NCBI GenBank assembly: GCA_965372795.1
Contig: CBDVDR010000003.1
Span: 160,001 to 224,000 of the forward strand
Origin: an uncultured bacterium
GTDB lineage: Bacteria; Zixibacteria; MSB-5A5; GN15; FEB-12
DNA length: 64,000 bases
Reading direction: 5' to 3'
Shown here in pieces: positions 62,156-64,000 of this stretch. The first letter of the stretch is position 1. Every line of letters begins with the position of its first letter. The notes beneath the pieces were generated by a model. That model saw nothing but the letters and a program-made list of their open reading frames with translations, was not told the origin of the DNA and did not search any database. A program made the translations under genes and the position numbers.

Positions 62156-64000
62156 ATGTATAGAACTACTCTGATTGTCTTACTTTTTGTATTTAGCATA
62201 TCTTTAAATACTTTCTCAAAAAATATTAATATAAACAGTCCTCGGGTGTGGGAGCAGGAAGTAAATTATAAACTTGATGTTACTCTGCAAGACGATAATA
62301 GAACGATTGAGGGCAGTATAGAAATAGAATATATTAATAATTCCCCTGACTCTCTTCGTGTGATTTATCTAAAAGCGTTTCCCAATGCGATTCAAAAAGA
62401 TTCCTATGCTGATAAAAAAAGAAGAATGACGAATAATTATTCATTCGCCAAGTTAAAACCGGAAGAAGAAGGCTCGCTTGAGTTATTTGAAATTTCAGAA
62501 AGAATAAATTATCGTTCAATTTCCGTAGATAATTCGATAATAAAAATTGATCTTGAACAGGCGTTAGCCGCTTCGGACACTTTGAACCTCGCTTTCAATT
62601 TTAAAACCATTCTGCCAAGTCCTGATAATATGCGGATGGGGTATGAAAGAGCTGTTGTCAAAGCAGTCTATTGGTATCCGCAGGTGTGTGTCTATGACCG
62701 AAAGCTTGGCTGGGTAAATTCACAATATCTCGGGTGGGGCGAGAGTTATGGAGATTTTGGATCATTTGAAGTTTCAATCACTGCCCCGGAAGATCAAATC
62801 GTTGCAGCGAGCGGGATTTGTGTGAACGAAAAGGAAGTCCTGCCGGACTCGCTTCGCGAGCTTTATGATATTAAAAATTTTATGAAGCCTAAGGGTGAAT
62901 GGCCAATATTTAATTTTGATGAAAATAAAACAAAAACCTGGAAGTATGTTGCGAATAAAGTTAATGACTTCGCTTTTACAACTTCCAATAATTGGTGTAT
63001 AGATTCCGATTCAATCAATGGCGTTGAAGTTATCGCTTATCCGTTAAGAAATAAAGCTCACGGTTGGGAAAGCGCGGTCAGGCTTGGTAAAGAAGCGATT
63101 GAAACATTTTCCGAATACTTTTATCCTTATCAATGGCCGGTAATAAGAATTTGTGATGCATTTGGGGGAATGGAATATCCGATGATTACAAATTGTACAA
63201 TGCAAGGACCCTCGCCATCTTATAGTATGCTTCTGTATCATGAAATAGGACATCAATGGTTTATGGGGCAGGTAGGGTCAAATCAGGTTGACCGTCCGTT
63301 TCTTGATGAGGGTTTTACAACCCACATGGAACATGTGATAATGGAAAAATACTACGGACGCAAAGGCAATTACAACCGATTCAAAACCTGGTATCAGCGT
63401 AAATTTTCTCCTGATTTTGAAAATCGTAATGTACGCGGTTTTAGTCCTATGATGCAGCTGATCAAATCTGATTACGATAAACCTTTAAGTTTTTCATATG
63501 ATCAGGGCGAGGAGTACTGGACCCATCGGGTTTCGGCCTATTATAAATCAGCAGCGATGCATTATTCGCTGCGTTCTATTTTTGGAGATTCATTATATTT
63601 TTCGGCGATGCATCACTATTGTGACAAATGGTTTTTCCACCATCCTTATGAAGAAGATTTTACAATGGCGATGGAAGAAGCCACAGGGTTGGAATTAGAT
63701 AATTACTTACAGCAATGGTATTACTCACGAAAAAAACTTGATTATGTTTTCGCTGGGAAATCGAAATCAACAAACGGGCATGATTATGTTCATACAATTA
63801 AATTAGAAAATAAAGGCGAGCTTGTCTCGCCGATAGATATTGCAATTATCTGGCAACAGGGTGACACAACTTTTTATACTGCCGCACCGGAAGGAATGGA
63901 TTACGCCAAGCCCGGGAATATTCTTTTACCGGTTTGGAACCAGTTTCGTCGATTAGATAAAAAATATGAATTCAAGGTTAAAGCCAAGCGGGATATTCAA
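62156..64000 (+). CDS. Secreted M1 family aminopeptidase; 3'-truncated by the window edge and absent from the ORF track
   Basis: Hand translation gives MYRTTLIVLLFVFSISLNTFS...WEQEVNY...YINNSPDSL, GGMEYPM (~63164), HEIGHQWF (~63239) and LDEGF. Confidence 0.92.
   Translation, partial: MYRTTLIVLLFVFSISLNTFSKNININSPRVWEQEVNYKLDVTLQDDNRTIEGSIEIEYINNSPDSLRVIYLKAFPNAIQKDSYADKKRRMTNNYSFAKLKPEEEGSLELFEISERINYRSISVDNSIIKIDLEQALAASDTLNLAFNFKTILPSPDNMRMGYERAVVKAVYWYPQVCVYDRKLGWVNSQYLGWGESYGDFGSFEVSITAPEDQIVAASGICVNEKEVLPDSLRELYDIKNFMKPKGEWPIFNFDENKTKTWKYVANKVNDFAFTTSNNWCIDSDSINGVEVIAYPLRNKAHGWESAVRLGKEAIETFSEYFYPYQWPVIRICDAFGGMEYPMITNCTMQGPSPSYSMLLYHEIGHQWFMGQVGSNQVDRPFLDEGFTTHMEHVIMEKYYGRKGNYNRFKTWYQRKFSPDFENRNVRGFSPMMQLIKSDYDKPLSFSYDQGEEYWTHRVSAYYKSAAMHYSLRSIFGDSLYFSAMHHYCDKWFFHHPYEEDFTMAMEEATGLELDNYLQQWYYSRKKLDYVFAGKSKSTNGHDYVHTIKLENKGELVSPIDIAIIWQQGDTTFYTAAPEGMDYAKPGNILLPVWNQFRRLDKKYEFKVKAKRDIQ

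Overview
This is a low-GC bacterial chromosome segment. It is probably from a Zixibacteria-like FCB lineage, inferred only from a secreted M6 protease ending in TSP3 repeats and a dockerin-like tail. Most of it is housekeeping. The left part holds the 3' portion of an A2-type heme-copper oxidase cluster (ctaD-E-F, ctaA, SCO, DUF420), a complete atpZIBEFHAGDC operon, yceD-rpmF-plsX-fabH-fabD-fabG-acpP-fabF-rnc, etfB, a heterodimeric ABC exporter, suhB, glmM-glmS, an acyl-CoA dehydrogenase and a crotonase. The right part holds pgsA-pgpA-cinA-thpR, nrdJ with tandem NrdR boxes, a MacAB-like exporter, secreted vWA/M6/M1 proteins, a porin, MscS and queF/queCED. The accessory signal is concentrated at about 30.7-37.5 kb. 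There, an AbiEi-like gene and an AbiEii-like nucleotidyltransferase gene are arranged convergently. They are preceded by an array of long perfect palindromes with a shared GTAGTATATATACTAC core and co-varying arms, bracketed by a 17-bp direct repeat, and surrounded by REP-like and tandem repeats. The islet sits at an apparent strand-composition switch. Other notable items are a histone-H1-like protein with a Myb/HTH-like core, a Fur-box-controlled beta-barrel plus monoheme cytochrome c lipoprotein pair, a candidate sRNA of about 80 nt, and a triplicated gene-end repeat with unique spacers downstream of glmS. All calls come from reading the sequence; no database searches were run.
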